A stretch of 64,000 nt of DNA, taken from the NCBI RefSeq assembly GCF_009834535.1, contig NC_045710.1:50096001-50160000 (forward strand). The letters are read 5' to 3'. This document shows, piece after piece, positions 37,720-51,554 of this stretch; the first letter of the stretch is position 1, and every line of letters starts with the position of its first letter. The notes beneath the pieces are model-generated. The model did no database searches. It saw nothing but the letters and a program-made list of their open reading frames with translations, and was not told the origin of the DNA. The position numbers and the translations under genes are program-made. The stretch is from Camelus ferus (taxonomy: Eukaryota).

Positions 37720-37870
37720 GTAAGATATTGATCCCTGTTCTAAGTATATGAGTTAAAGGTCAGGGTAACGTTAGATGAATGTCACCCATTGCTATCTGAG
37801 TGAAACTTGGGTGAATTACATAGAAAAATCAAGACCCCAGGCTGTGTATCCAACAGCCCACTGCCCAATA
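37720..37870 (-). mobile_element. Degenerate MIR in intron 4
   Basis: ATGAGTTAAAGGTCAGGGTAACGTTAGATGAATGTCACCCA resembles an antisense MIR core. Confidence 0.45.
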
Positions 37871-37930
37871 TGGCATTTGTAGTAGTGAACAGTGACTATG
37901 TGTCTAATGGGTCTTCCATGTGTTTTTCAG

Positions 37931-37964
37931 GCCAGTGAGCAGATTTATTATGAAAACAGTCAAG
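37931..37964 (+). CDS. ANTXR1: ANTXR1 exon 5 (34 nt, phase 0-1): ASEQIYYENSQ(G)
   Basis: tgtttttcAG|GCCAGT...CAAG|GTaaga; in frame. Confidence 0.97.
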
Positions 37965-39281
37965 GTAAGACTATGTTTTGAATCACCGTTATGAATTATT
38001 TAGTTTTTTTCCAGTGTTTGCTTCTGAAAATGCCTTAGTAATTTAATGTTCCAAATGACACATATGATATTGCCTGTAACCCTTGGGCACACTCTTTATT
38101 CCAGAGAAGGAATGCATAGAAAAACGGCAGGTACCAGGTCAAATTCTACTGCTCTGATGATTCCCAAAAAATGTTATATAAAAGTAATTAAGATCTCATT
38201 ATGGACCACAGTCTGTAATGTCCATGAACAGTTTTGCATGTTGAATTCATTAGGTTAATAAATACTTGGATGGGTTAAGAAATTCTTGGATTTTTTCTTA
38301 AAGTCTTAGATTTTTATGTCAAATTTAATTTTTTTGTCCTCTGAGCTCCAAGCCTCTTCATTACTATGAGTGGATATGATTTTAGATTAAGATATCAGTT
38401 TGACTTAAACTTTCTTTCATTTAAATGAAAAAAAAGCATAAAATGTACTTAATAGAGTCCTTAGCACATAGAAATAATGCTTATTATTATTACCATTTAA
38501 GCTATTATTACCATTAGTACCCTATCTTTCATGATAGCATTTCTTTATCTGAGACAAATCTCTTAAAAGAGAGTCAGTGTTACAGTGAGGATTTTTCTTC
38601 TAGGTCTGTAGAGGTGTATTAGTTTTCCCTGTGTACCTGCAAGATTTTTCTGTCATCTCTCAAAAGTAAAGGCTTTAAGAAAGAAAAAAAAAAAAATCTC
38701 CTATTTCACTCCAAACTTCAACAAATAGGACAGACCCTGTCTGAACACCAACCCTTGTTACTGTAAGTCAGCCATCAGCAGTGTTAGTAGAAGGTTAAAA
38801 AGCACTGCAAGAATTCTAGTAGGTTTTGCCAACTGCTGTAACACTTCTAGTCAGCTTGTAAATCATGATGACTGTCACTCTTTGCCAAACTCTTCAAGGA
38901 GCCTTGCACATAATTAAGAACAACATGAATGGCCGAGGTGGTAGAGTTTGCCCTCGGACCTTGGCAAGAGTCACGTAGACTGTCACGCAGATAGTCCAGT
39001 TGGAGTCACTGGGGCTACTCTGTCTGGTGACCATTTCACCAGGATTGACCTTTTGTTGGGGGGATAAGATTTGGAAACCCCCGGAATAAAACTTATTCCT
39101 TTAGCGTCTCACCCACGCTCTTCTTATTCATGCCGGCGTTACCTCCAGTCCCCAGAGAAAAGTTGCTGGTTCTCACAGTGCTGACCACGGATGACTGAGC
39201 TTGTGAGAGACGGACTCCCCGGGCAGAGAGGGGGTTCCGTCCAGCGGGGCGGGAGGGACTGAGCGGGTCTTTGTTGCCTGA

Positions 39282-39542
<261 letters not shown>

Positions 39543-41374
39543 TGAATTTTCATGTCTCATACATGGTGGGTATTTTTCCCTTTTCAAAATATCTGCATAT
39601 CACTCTGTGTTTTGAGTAATAAAATATATCTGCCATGCCTTCATGGAAAGCAGTTTTGAAGCACTGTATGTCACTTTTCAGCAAATCCACTGGTATGATT
39701 TTTCTCTCAATTTCTACTAAACATTGGAGGGGAAAGAATTACTTGAAATAGGGAAGAACCAGTTCTGTCAAAATGTTACTAATCATTGAGATTCTTACAC
39801 TAAAAACCAACATGAACATTAATTAGTGGCAAAGTAAGTTGTCATCTCTCCATCAATATTTCTTTCCTTTCTTTATGCTCTTAAAAAGCACTCTTCAAAG
39901 CAAGTAAAGGAATTCTTTCTAAATAAAGCTGTCAGTTTGTATAAAGAGATTCCGAAAAAGAAGTTTATCCAAGAATTGAAAAGTGAGGTTTATATTTAGG
40001 AAATTCTTTCAAGTTTCAGATCTAAGCTCTCTATATAAGTGGCCCAAGAAAATTGTTGACCAAGGGAATGTTTTGAAGCTTCATGAATCACAGAGGCCAT
40101 TCAGGCCAAGTCAGGAAGAAACATAATAAGGAAAAAGACAGGCTGGGAGGGAAGGAGATAATGGTCTCTGGGGGAGGAGTCAATCCGATCATCACTCAGC
40201 CCTCAAGCTCTTCCTCGACAAGCCACAAGTGTACACGCATTCATTCATTCAGTGTTAACTAAGAGCTCGGTCTGTGTGGGCACTTGGCTGGACACTAGAG
40301 ACACACTGGTGAGTCAGACATAGCTGCTGCCCTCATGGGCTTTCCCATGTGATGATGTTCAGCTTTCTGAAGCCTCTGTTGGCAAAGGGCATGAGGAAAT
40401 TAAGTTAATTAATTAATTAACGCCTTACTGCCCCTCTACCCCTAACCATACAAAATTCACAATGGAGAAACACACATGGGAATGTGACAGGGACCCCCTG
40501 AGCATTTGGAAAATAATACATTTCTATGTTCTTAAGTCGAAACTAACTATATAATGGGAATGCACGACAGCTTATTCGGGTGCCCAAAAACAGTCAAATA
40601 AAGAAAAGACCCTAATAAGGAAATAACAGAATACAAAATAAATGATAGGTGTCAGAGGCTTAAAATAGAGGTTAGTGGAAAAGAATTTTAGGTATGACAC
40701 ATACAAACTTGGAAAAATATTGAGAATGCCAATGCTAATAGCAAGAGGAGATCTGAAAAAGAAAAGAAAAGCTCAAGACATATAAAGAAAATAAACTGTG
40801 CCAGTTTTGATCATTCTATATAAAGTCCAACTAGAGGAGAAGAGACATAGAAGTTGTTGCAGATAAGGCTGGGGCTAGACTCCATCTAAAAGTTGATTTT
40901 ATCCTGAAAGCAGCAAGAAATATTTCTAACACGAAAGAAAAAAGATGTATGTTTCTGTTTCTTCTAAAATTCAATGTTAGACACAAATGGGTTTGAGTAC
41001 TAAGGTGGGGGGGAGGACACAATTCAAATTAATATGCATATATTGAGCACCTACTATATGTTTACTGTTAATTATTTATTAAGTACCTACTGTATATACC
41101 AAGGATTTCCATTTTTGTTTTCTCTTCTGAAACAAAGAAGCTGGAAATCAGATACCAGAGCCATTAAAGTGTTAAAATCGAGCCCAAAGTTGGATGTTAT
41201 TCCTTATGTTGCCCTCTCAATACTTAATAGTAGAGAAGGTCATGGGTTCATCTACTCAAATAAGGGCCATACTTCCATACCGTTAACCCAGTGTCTTCTA
41301 TGGAAGTAAAAAAGGCTTTTATTTATTCACAGAGGATGCTGACATCCGTGAGCATCTGCATTGTTCTAGGCCTC

Positions 41375-41500
41375 CTGTGAGGAGCTCTGCGTATATTATC
41401 TCACTGAATCCCCAACACAAGTTACAGAGCAGAGCCAAGCATCAAACCCAGGTATCTCGGGTTCCAAATGTCACATCCTTTCCATTAGAGCACGCTGCCA
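41375..41500 (-). mobile_element. MIR fragment
   Basis: TATATTATCTCACTGAATCCCCAACAC...CATCAAACCCAGGTATCT. Confidence 0.55.
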
Positions 41501-41869
41501 TTACAAAGGGAGAAAGTGTGCCAATAAAAACCCATCAGAGGAATAGAAAAAGCCATCGTTTCCTCGGAATAATCAATATGACTTTTCTTGGCCTGCAGCT
41601 CCCTTCTCTTCCCCTCGTTGTTCAGACCCTTCATTGAGACTCCACTTCTGTGGCTCCTTCTCAACGCGTCCCGTTAGACTGATCCCTCTCCTCACGTCCA
41701 CCATATTACACTAAAGGTGACGTTCGCTGGAGTACTGGCTCTCTGGGGACGAGGATTACTCTCTCCCTCGTGGTCCCTTGGCACACAGTAGGTGCTCAGT
41801 AAATACCTGACCCAAAAGGAGTATGTTCGCCGCTGCTGCTCTGTAACGTCCTTTCTTTCATTGGCCCAG

Positions 41870-41938
41870 GCCAACAGATCTCGAGATCTCGGTGCAATCG
41901 TTTACTGTGTCGGCGTGAAGGATTTCAATGAGACACAG
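41870..41938 (+). CDS. ANTXR1: ANTXR1 exon 7 (69 nt, phase 0-0): [23 protein letters not shown]
   Basis: cattggcccAG|GCCAAC...ACACAG|GTacga; both N-glycosylation sequons (NRS, NET) are present. Confidence 0.98.
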
Positions 41939-42615
41939 GTACGATTATGGACTTCCTCAGGTTTGGGAGCAGACTAAGCTTGTAAATGATAGAAAGTGCG
42001 TGCTTTCTCAGTGCAGAGGCTGCGTCAGCAGCATGAATACCCTTTAGATAGATTATTTTTCCAGAAATACTAAGCGGGAAAGGAATTATTGAATGTGTGA
42101 GTGACGTGAACCCATTTGCTAACGCACTTGAGGGTCTTTAACACAGACCATCCCGGCAGCATCTTTTTTGGTTGATCTTTCTTAGTAGACGTTAAATTGC
42201 CAAGATGTCACAACAGACTAAACTAACTTGTAAAACTTGTTTGTTTTAAACTTAATTTGGCCAATCTGATGTCCTTACTTAAATGGCAAACATTCCTTTC
42301 CCCCCATTAAAAATGCAGCGCATTTTCAACACCAAAAAAAAAAAAAATGGAAACAATTGGCAAGTTGGCAAAAATGTATGTACAAGTATATATAAACAAA
42401 CTGAAAATTTGTTACCAACCTAACTAGATGTTCTTCATAATTTCTTTTTGTTTTACTAACATGGACAATCCTCATGATATGTTGTTAAATGAGTAAAATA
42501 GGGTTACAGAACTGTGGGAATAGTAGACGTCCACTTTTTAAATAAAGTGTGTATATTTGTATAGAAGAAGTATGAAAGACTATATATATATCAAATTAAC
42601 AATAATAGAAGGTTG

Positions 42616-42672
42616 ACGGATGGATGGATAGATAGATAGATAATAGATAGATAGATAAATAGATAGATAGAT
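42616..42672. repeat. Compound (GGAT)n(AGAT)n tetranucleotide STR
   Basis: Read directly; interrupted GATA array. Confidence 0.92.
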
Positions 42673-42958
42673 GAATTAGGAATAACTTTTTTTCTTTTTT
42701 CCAACACTGTTGGTTTTTTTAAATTTCCCAATGACTATGTGTTACTTTTGTAATCAGTAAAAATCCTGGCACTGACCACAACTGTGACCATAACTGTGGC
42801 AATCACAGAACTAGACAAAGACTTGGGAGTGGAAAAGCTCACATATCAGCATCTCCTCTCTCCAGTCCTCTGCTCCATAAAGCAGGAACAGCCAAACATA
42901 TCGCAAGGGTCCTTTTCCTCAAAGAGCGTTCGAGTGAAAGATGAGGGTCGCCATTTGC

Positions 42959-43052
42959 TGGCCTCACCCAACACCGAAGCTCGAATTTATCTTTAAAGTT
43001 ACTCATTGGCCTCACCCAACACCAAAGCTTGAATTTATTTTTAAAGTTGCTC
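42959..43052. repeat. Two-copy tandem duplication, period 48 nt
   Basis: TGGCCTCACCCAACACC(G/A)AAGCT(C/T)GAATTTAT(C/T)TTTAAAGTT(A/G)CTC at 42959 and 43007. Confidence 0.95.
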
Positions 43053-43297
43053 TGAAAGGAAACTTGACTCTGTTTGATTCAAACACAGTTGCCAATAGAA
43101 ATGTGGTTGAATGAGAGAAAAATGAGCCAATGGCCCGCCCCCAAATCCATAAATATATCAACCCAAGCCAAATGTTCATCTAGCTGGGCATTCTTACCTC
43201 TGCTCCCAAGGAGACAAGTATTAAAACAAATGTAAAAGCTGGAACCGACCCTGCGGACCTGTTCCAGAGAGGCCACTGGTAAGCTCATCATCACTGA

Positions 43298-43579
<282 letters not shown>

Positions 43580-44589
43580 TGACCTGCTGTAAATACCCCC
43601 CATTCCATCTCTCTAAGGCTGGTGTTCTTCTGCTTGAGACAACACTCTTTTGTGGATCTTTGTATCTGTCCTGTTCCACTTGGCCCTCTGGCCTTTCACA
43701 CGTGTTCCATTTTTCATTCTACTGTGCCAGTTCTTTACCCTGCAATGGAAATTTTAAAATGCAAGGGAACCCTGTTCTGGCAGCAAGCCAGACTCCAGGC
43801 TCTTCTCATACCGGAAGGACTGTGCCCTTGACAGACCTCAGCATCCCAGCCATCCGATGCACGCTGCCTTCAGAGCATATCTGCAGGCAGCCTGCATCAC
43901 TCGGCTCAGCCTGTATCGCTCGGCCATCAGGGGCACTTTGCACCAGCGGTTTTCTGCCTTGGCTGCCCACTGATAATTATCTGCAACAGGAGTTTTTAAA
44001 TCTTCCCAGATGATTTTCAACCTATAATCCCCAGATATGAGTGTTTCAATGTTCCCCAGGGTTTGCACAGTCCACAGCCCTTTTTTCCAACCCAGCCTTG
44101 TTTTTTTATCTCCCCATCCCGATCAGTGAACAGGACACTGGCTTCCAGGACCTCTGTTTCCCACCTTCCATACCCAGGCTCGGCCCTTGGTCCAGCTGGA
44201 ACATTGGAGGATGCTAGTCTTTGAAGCCTCGGCCAGAAGGCCTGTATGTGTGCTGCTCCTGTTATAAAGTCTGCAAGGGCCACAGCCTCGACCTTTAGGC
44301 TGGGGGACCAGATAGACAGCCAGTGGTTTCTCTGGTTGGAGCTCACCAGGCTCTAGACTTGGGGTCCAGGATGCAAATTCAGAGCTCAGAGGATCGCTGT
44401 CCCCTTAAAATGTCAACGGCGTCTTGATCTAGGGGCTACCAACCAGGGACTCAGGATCTGCCCAGCTCCCCTGCAATGACCTAGGAAACCTTCTACATGG
44501 ATGTGCTCGCTCTCCTTCCCTCCAGTTTTAGCTCAGAACCGCAGCAGAGTGGAGAGTAACCCCAGCGGTGTGAGAAGCAAGAACTTAAG

Positions 44590-44700
44590 AGCTGGCTAGC
44601 GCAGAGTTTAAAGGCTGGCCCAACAACTTATCATTTATAGATCCTTGGATGAGTTATTTCACTTATTTCCTTATCTGTATAAGGAATTAATAATAAGACA
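44590..44700 (+). mobile_element. MIR fragment
   Basis: TCCTTGGATGAGTTATTTCAC...TTTCCTTATCTGTATAAGG. Confidence 0.6.
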
Positions 44701-44888
44701 CATATCACTGGCTTGTTTGAGGATTACAAGAGATAATGCTAGTGAAAATACATAATATTTTTCCAGGCATATAATTGGTCCTCAAAGCATATGAATTTTT
44801 TCCTCTTCCAAGTCCCTTCACCATCATATGAGAAACATCAATGGCAGCTTCTTCCTGATCCTCTAGATGTTCTTGGATATGCATAAAG

Positions 44889-45068
44889 ATCACCCATGGA
44901 ATCTTGTTTACAAGACCCTTTCCCAGGCCCTATCCCCAAGAACTTCTGTCACAGTCAGTTTGGGCGGGACCTAGGAATTTGCATCTTTTAAATCTGCACT
45001 TTTTAATTAGTGCCCCAGGTGTAATTTCAGAACATTGATATATGTGACCTTAAGCTTGGAGAACTGTG
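44889..45068 (+). mobile_element. MER5-type hAT-Charlie element
   Basis: ATCACCCATGGAATCTTGTTT...CCAGGCCCTATCCCC...GGACCTAGGAATTTGCATCTTT...CCCCAGGTG...CTTGGAGAAC. Confidence 0.65.
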
Positions 45069-46534
45069 AAAAGTAATTCCACCCCAGGTTGGGAATTTCT
45101 ATCTTAAATGTGTACATATGACAATCTTCTTCTTTAAGACGTGTTTGCAAGGAACAAAAACCCACTCAAACTACCTTCACCAGAAAGTGAAAATTATTGA
45201 AAGGATAGAGGAATATCAGCCCCAATTATGGATTCCCCAGGTGAGGGACCCCTGCTGTAAATAATTTCTGGAGTCAGGGTGGCATACTTGACAACATAAG
45301 CAATAAGAACTATAGAAGTATAACCATATAAAACAGCCAAATAGTGATTTAAATAGATGATTAATGGCAGGATTTGGGCCTGGTCATGAGTCCTGTGGAA
45401 GCTCAGAGTGGGGCTAGTCTGGAGAGAGAAGCTAGGGCAGACCTGAATTCCTGAGAGACCAAGGATGCGTGATGGGTAGCACCAGAGAAGTAATGACATG
45501 ATCTCAACCCAAAGTCTGGAAAACAGCGAAGCATATTTCAAAGACAATAATAATAATATCTATCTGTCTGATGGGAGAGTTTGGGTAAAGGAGTCAGGAG
45601 TAATGGGAAACAGGCTGACATTGGATTGGAAGCAGATTGACAAGAGCCTTGAAGGAGTTTTTACTACAATGTTCTGTCATCACGGCAACATTCTGAACAT
45701 CTAACAAAAGATAGTTAAGAAGAAAATCTGATGGCAGTGTTCGTGTGTATAGAAGGGGGACTGGGGAGGCCCAGAGGCAGGAGCCAAATCATGAGGTCAC
45801 TGCGGGAGCCCTGTCTTCAGATGGCTGGGTTCTGAACAGGGACAACTCTTACCTGTTCTTATGAGCCATGTGCCACATCTTTCAAGAGCTGGCTCCTACC
45901 CAAATCATCTGAGCATTTTTATCTGCATAAATTGCTGTTGTCCTTGAATAGTTCAACCTCAGCAACTCACCCCAGCTCAATCGGAGCCCCGGTGTTTGTG
46001 AAGTTCTCCCTACTACCCCCAGATGGAAATAACTCCAAAGCTGTTTAAGAAATTTTAGTGAAAAGGTCTTCCAAAATGGGGGAAAAAAAATTTGAGACTC
46101 CAAACTTTTAGCTGAATGATAACATTCTTGTGAGCTTTTATCTGGGAGTCATGCTGGTGGTTTCCATCCTTCCCATACTTGAAACCCATGTTTATTGCAG
46201 TTGTTAATTCGTTTGCTTGGACAGAAAAAACGGGACAAGCACAGCACGGCTCATCTTTCTTAAGTCAGACAGAAATAATTATGGCCTGAATGTTGGCTGT
46301 TTTTAAGAAGTAGGTTCATTTCTCCTTCTGGATACCGAAAAGAAAGCTCTTATTCCCCCTCCCCTCCATCTGAAGCATCTATTCCTGTGTGTTCCCATGA
46401 ATGTTGCTTTGTGGCTGCTTATTTTTCTCATAATAAAATAGACTGGGCCTAATTATCCAAAATAAGAGTGCAGAGCAGCTTTCAGTAAGTCCAGAGGGTT
46501 CATGAAGTTCTCAACCCATAACGACCTTATTTTT

Positions 46535-46714
46535 TTATTGAAGTCTAATTGATGTGCAATATTAGTTTCAGGTGTACAGCATAATGATTCAATAGTTTTA
46601 TAGATTACATTCCATTCAAAGTTATTATAAAATATTGGCTATATTCCCTGTGCTGTACACTATATCCTTGTAGTTTATTTGCTTTATACATAGTCATTTG
46701 TACCTCTTAATTGT
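46535..46714 (-). mobile_element. Short L1 3' end with perfect 12-bp TSD
   Basis: ATTGAAGTCTAATTGATGTGCAATATTAGTTTCAGGTGTACAGC...; TSD GACCTTATTTTT at 46523-46534 and 46715-46726. Confidence 0.9.
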
Positions 46715-46819
46715 GACCTTATTTTTAAATCCCAAATCAAGATTCAGGGGCTAATATTAATGCATTCCTCTAATACTAATTGCAAACCTTTTGTGGTAGA
46801 CTCTGGCCATTCAGTTACA

Positions 46820-47230
46820 AGTAAGCAGGTAGAGACCCTGTCCTGGTGGACTTTACTATTTAGTGAGGGAGGACACATGAAAACAAGTCAACAAATAAAT
46901 ATGCACAATTAAAGTTGTGATACATGGTATATAGGAAGTTAACGTACTACGAAGATTAAGGGTAAAGGGGTTGACAAAGAACTCAGGCTCCTTTGAAGAG
47001 ATAACCTGAAAGATGAGATGGAGCTGTTCATCGAAAGAGCATGGCTAGAACATTCTTGGTGGAGCAGAATCCTACGACGCTGTACAACAGAATGAAAGAA
47101 GAGCAGTGCTTAAGTGCTTAAGGTGGAGAATTGCAGACAATGAAGTGAAGAAGCAAGCGATGGCTAAATCACACGGAGCCTTGAAAGCCATGGTATTTTA
47201 CTGTCAGGGAAATGGGAAACCATAGCCAGA
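46820..47230 (-). mobile_element. L2 fragment
   Basis: CCCTGTCCTGGTGGACTTTACTATTTAGTG...ACACGGAGCCTTGAAAGCCATGGTA. Confidence 0.6.
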
Positions 47231-47394
47231 TACAGAGCCCAGGACTGGAACAATCATGCCTGAAATCAAGACTCTCGGAATCCAGAGAACATGGTGCTTT
47301 ATCCATATCCCCTTTGGATGACGAATAAATGAACACTCAGGACCATTAATAAAGAGGCCTGTGAAGATGAAGAAGAATTTCTATGATTTACTGA

Positions 47395-48300
47395 GCATGT
47401 CTCTCTACCAGATCCTCTGCTAAGCGCTTCCACATCTAATCTGGCTTATCCCCATTTTACAAGTGAAGAAACTGAGGTGCAGGAAGTTAGATAAACTGCC
47501 CCAAGTCTGCCCACTCATAATGATGGAGCAGGGAATTTGAACCCATGTCCAGGTCCAGAGAGCCTGCTCTTTCCACAATTCTAGGCCATGAATGTGAGGA
47601 AATGGAAAATCACCACTGGATTAGCAGGAGCTGATTATCCAAGGCATGGGTTCACCAAGTCCCTGGATTCTCTGCTTCCTTAATCTGACTCCTGTGTTTT
47701 GGTCTTTTCATTGCTCCTCAGTCCTCTCTACTTTAAGGAAGAAGTACTTAAGTGTCAGATTTCATAACGTGTTATTTTTCAAAGTGTCCTCATGTGTTTT
47801 CTGTTTTAATTTCCCACCAGTTGGACACAGGGAGAAGGAAGAATGAAACCAAAAGCTGTAGGCAATTTATTCGGGGGCCAAGCATTGTTCCTTTATCTCC
47901 ATTAATATTATCCCATGTAGAAGTCCTAACAACCCTGTGAAGGATATATCCTCATTTTACAGATGAACAAATTGAGGACTCAGATAACTGCCCAAGAGCA
48001 CACAGCTCTAAGAGGGAGAGCAGGCTTGGGATCAAGTTCCATGAGCCCAGGATTTCTCCCACTTCTATTTCCTTAGGAAGGTACAAGTAAGAAAATTCTT
48101 CATTTAGTGAGTTCTTGGGTGCTAGACTCTGCAAATTATTTCATGTAGGCATCTCATCAAATTCTCACGACTACCATTTAAGGTAGATGTCGGTATTCCT
48201 TCCAGAGACGCAGATACTACAAAGTCAGAGAAATTAGTTACCTTGTCCAAGGCCACTCAGCAGTGGGTGGTGATCCAGTATTGACTCCGTTCTGTCTCTA
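47395..48300 (-). mobile_element. Three tandem antisense MIR copies
   Basis: CCCATTTTACAAGTGAAGAAACTGAGG (about 47450), CTCATTTTACAGATGAACAAATTGAGGACTCAG (about 47950) and AATTAGTTACCTTGTCCAAGGCCAC (about 48235). Confidence 0.75.
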
Positions 48301-51300
48301 ACACCCCTGATGAGATGACTACAGTGCTCTACTGAATAATATGGGTAGGCCAGAAAGCAGCCCTCTGTATTTCAGAGAAGGGGACCCTGAGCACCAAAAA
48401 TTGTGAAATAACTTGATATAGTCACACAGTTATAACAAAGGCAGGACCCGAACCCAGGTGGGTGCTCTGATCTGTGTGCACCATGGGTGGGCAGGAGAGC
48501 TCTTTGCTGTTGCCTGTTAGATAGAGAGCGCCTCTGAAAATCTCAGTTTCTGCTCAGTGGGTGAAATTCCATGAGGAGGAGCTGGCCTCGTGACCCAGGC
48601 TGAAAGGAACATCTTCCCTTCCACACTTGCTCAGGACAGAATTCCTACTTGTTTTTGCAGAATACAGTTGATAAAATTCTAAGGCAAAATTTGGGTGGTT
48701 GGAAGATTGTAGCCCTTTAAGCCAGTAAAACTGTAAAGGAAGAAACTATTGCTTTGCCTTTTCTTAATGTGGCTTCCTCGGGGAATTTCCACTGACCACA
48801 ACTGGTGAGTGTCGTGCCAGCCCTCAAGTGAAAATATGAAGCCGAGGGCCAGCGAGGCTCCTGGGTCTTTGTTTGCTTTTTCAAAAGTGCTGCAGGCGGT
48901 GAAATGGGAACCTGCATGAAAGCTGTGTTCAGATTAACAATGAAATGGGTCTGCAGCTTTGAATCCCAGCACTTGGCCTGGTTACCGTGATGCCCCCTGC
49001 GCCCCCCCCCCATCCTCACTTCATGTGCCATCGAGGGCGGTGCTTGGAACCAAGCACCCTGCCTCTGAGAAGGAGAACCCTGTCACCGGCACCAACCATC
49101 CCCATCTAGGACAATTTCCCTGGGATAAATATTTAAGCCTGCGTTGGGCTTCCTATTAAAATGCGAGGGTGAGTCAGTGCCTAGGACTTTCTGCATGTTT
49201 GATTCACAATAAACAAGTTTTGAGCAAACACAACTATATTTGCAAGGATTTCTTACAAGTTTTGGCACGAACATCCTTGTTATCAAGGAAGCTGTAAGAT
49301 CCCTGAAATTGAGGAATTAATCTTTTCTATGATGTATACATATTTATTTTATTTATGAAAACCAAATCCTGTGCTGATTTCTCCCTCCTATGCATGCGAA
49401 GGTGAAAGAAATTGAGCCCCTGATCTGGCCCAGGCCTTAGTGAAGCTTTGACCAGAGCCCGTCTTCCTGGTTTCCCTCCCACCTGCTTTTCCAAAACCCC
49501 ACGAGGTTTTCATCCAATCAAAGCCTGCACCACCTTCCCATAGTTCTGGGAAGTACCTGACTTTACTGAACTAACTCTCTTTCCAGGGCTAGAGGGGGTG
49601 GAGGGGTGGGGGGGAGAGTATTTCAACAGTAGCCCTTCTCTTAAATCAGGTTGTCTCTGATCCGAAGGAAACCGCCCTCTCCTCCTTTGTCCCATCTGAA
49701 TTCTGTCTCAGGTTCTCTCTCAACCTCAAGGCTCTGCTCCAGTCCTCTCTTCTCTGTGGAGCCTGCCCTGTTCTCTCCTGCACCTTCAACTCTCCCTGCT
49801 GGGAACTCCAGTGGCACTAATTGTTGGAATGACTTGTTGACCTGGGGGTCTTTTTCAAAAGGCTCTATGCTGAATTGTGCAGTCACAGAGACCGCCCCCT
49901 TTGTCACGTTTCCCATGGTGTCCCGTGCCATGCTGTGCAGATGCATTCGTTGTAAAACAGCGCCCGGGAATGCAGAGCCTTGTGACCTACATTGCATGAC
50001 AAGTGGGCAGTTTTGTGGCTCTGTTTCTTGTAAAACCCCCTTAGTTTTTCCCCCACCCTCTTTTCTAGGACTGAATCTATAAAAGATGGCATTCTGAGCA
50101 CCATTCACATCAGCAGGCCTGGAAACAGAAATAGAATCAATTGTAGTGTCTGTAGCAAGCAGAAAAGCTTTTTAAAAAAATCATTTGCCTCAGCAGTCAT
50201 TAATTAGACTCAGACTTTGCAGACACCCAGGCTAGGCAGTTCAACCAAGCTATTATTTCTGTTTGGCTTATTAAAGACTCCAAATGTAATAAAAATTCCC
50301 ATTGCTCGAAGAGGCTATGAAGATTGCAGGGGGGCATGTTCAGTTAATCCTCCCATTACCTCCCACACCCCTCCAGCTCCTCCTTCTGTATCCAGGAATT
50401 TGTTAAGGTTCATTGTAAAAGCAATCGCAGAAGTTAGAACAAAATCCGATGAAACACTGCAGGGTTCAGCTCCCAAGGAGGGCTGCTGACTTCGCCAATA
50501 TTCAGGAGATCAGCAAGTTCATCTTACTAAATAAACCACGTCTTGGAGTTCACAGTTATCTGAGCTTTCCTTCAGAAAACAGGGGAGGAAAGCGGTGTCA
50601 TCGAAAAAAAGGAATTTCCTCTGCTTCGGAGCCTTGTTTGCCCTGTTCTCCTTCACACCAGACTCTCACTGAGTGTGACACTAACCGAGACAAGAAAAGC
50701 CTTTGTTTAAGTGATCTGCGTGCCCCCAACCCAGACAAAAACTTGCATGTTTTGAGGGTAAGCTTTATTGGCTAAAGTTCACTAAACTCCCTTAAAAATG
50801 TGCTTCTTGCCTGGTAGAGTATTTCTTTGGTATAATATATGAGTATACATAAAATCATATGTGAATCCCGGAGAGATCTGTAATAGTGAATTTTTATTTC
50901 AAATTCAGATTCTGTAGAATACACGTGGACCCAGGATGGCGTCCGTAGTTAACAGTAGGTACCGTCTCCTGGTTTTAAGTGTGGACTGCAATTTAGTTAG
51001 GAAAGGTGACTAGCTTTTCTTTTTTCAAAATTTTCTTAGAGATCGAATAGTTTCAAAATTCATGGGCAGTCCTGAAGGCACAGATGAGCTGGTTGTGTGT
51101 CCCAAAGTGCCTGGCCATTTCTAAAAGCAGTGATCTTCAGGTTTACCCAATGTGTGTTCTGCCATCAGCTATAATATAATGGCCCTTCTGTGGGCACCTG
51201 AGCCCCACCCCCAAACACAGACTTTTACATCTTTCCCAGGTAAGGGGTCAAGGCCTTTTATAAAGCAGGCCCGTCTGGATCATAGATGTGGGGACATGAT

Positions 51301-51339
51301 ACACCTATGTTTTTGTTTAAAAAGATAAGCCATTTAAAA

Positions 51340-51554
51340 AGATGGACATGTTATTACTATGTATAAAACAGATAAACAAGGACCTCTTGTATAGCACAGG
51401 GAACTCTGTTCTAGTTCTTATAATAACATATAATGGAAAAGAACCTGAAAAAAAAATATATGTATGCATATGTATAACTGAATCACTTTGCTGTACACTT
51501 GAAACTAATATTGTAAATCAACTACACTTCAATAAAAATTAAAAAAAAAAAAAA
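51340..51554 (+). mobile_element. Sense-oriented L1 3' end with AATAAA and A tail
   Basis: ATAAACAAGGACCTCTTGTATAGCACAGGGAAC...TGTATAACTGAATCACTTTGCTGTACACTTGAAACT...CTTCAATAAAAATT(A)n; AATAAA at 51531-51536. Confidence 0.9.
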
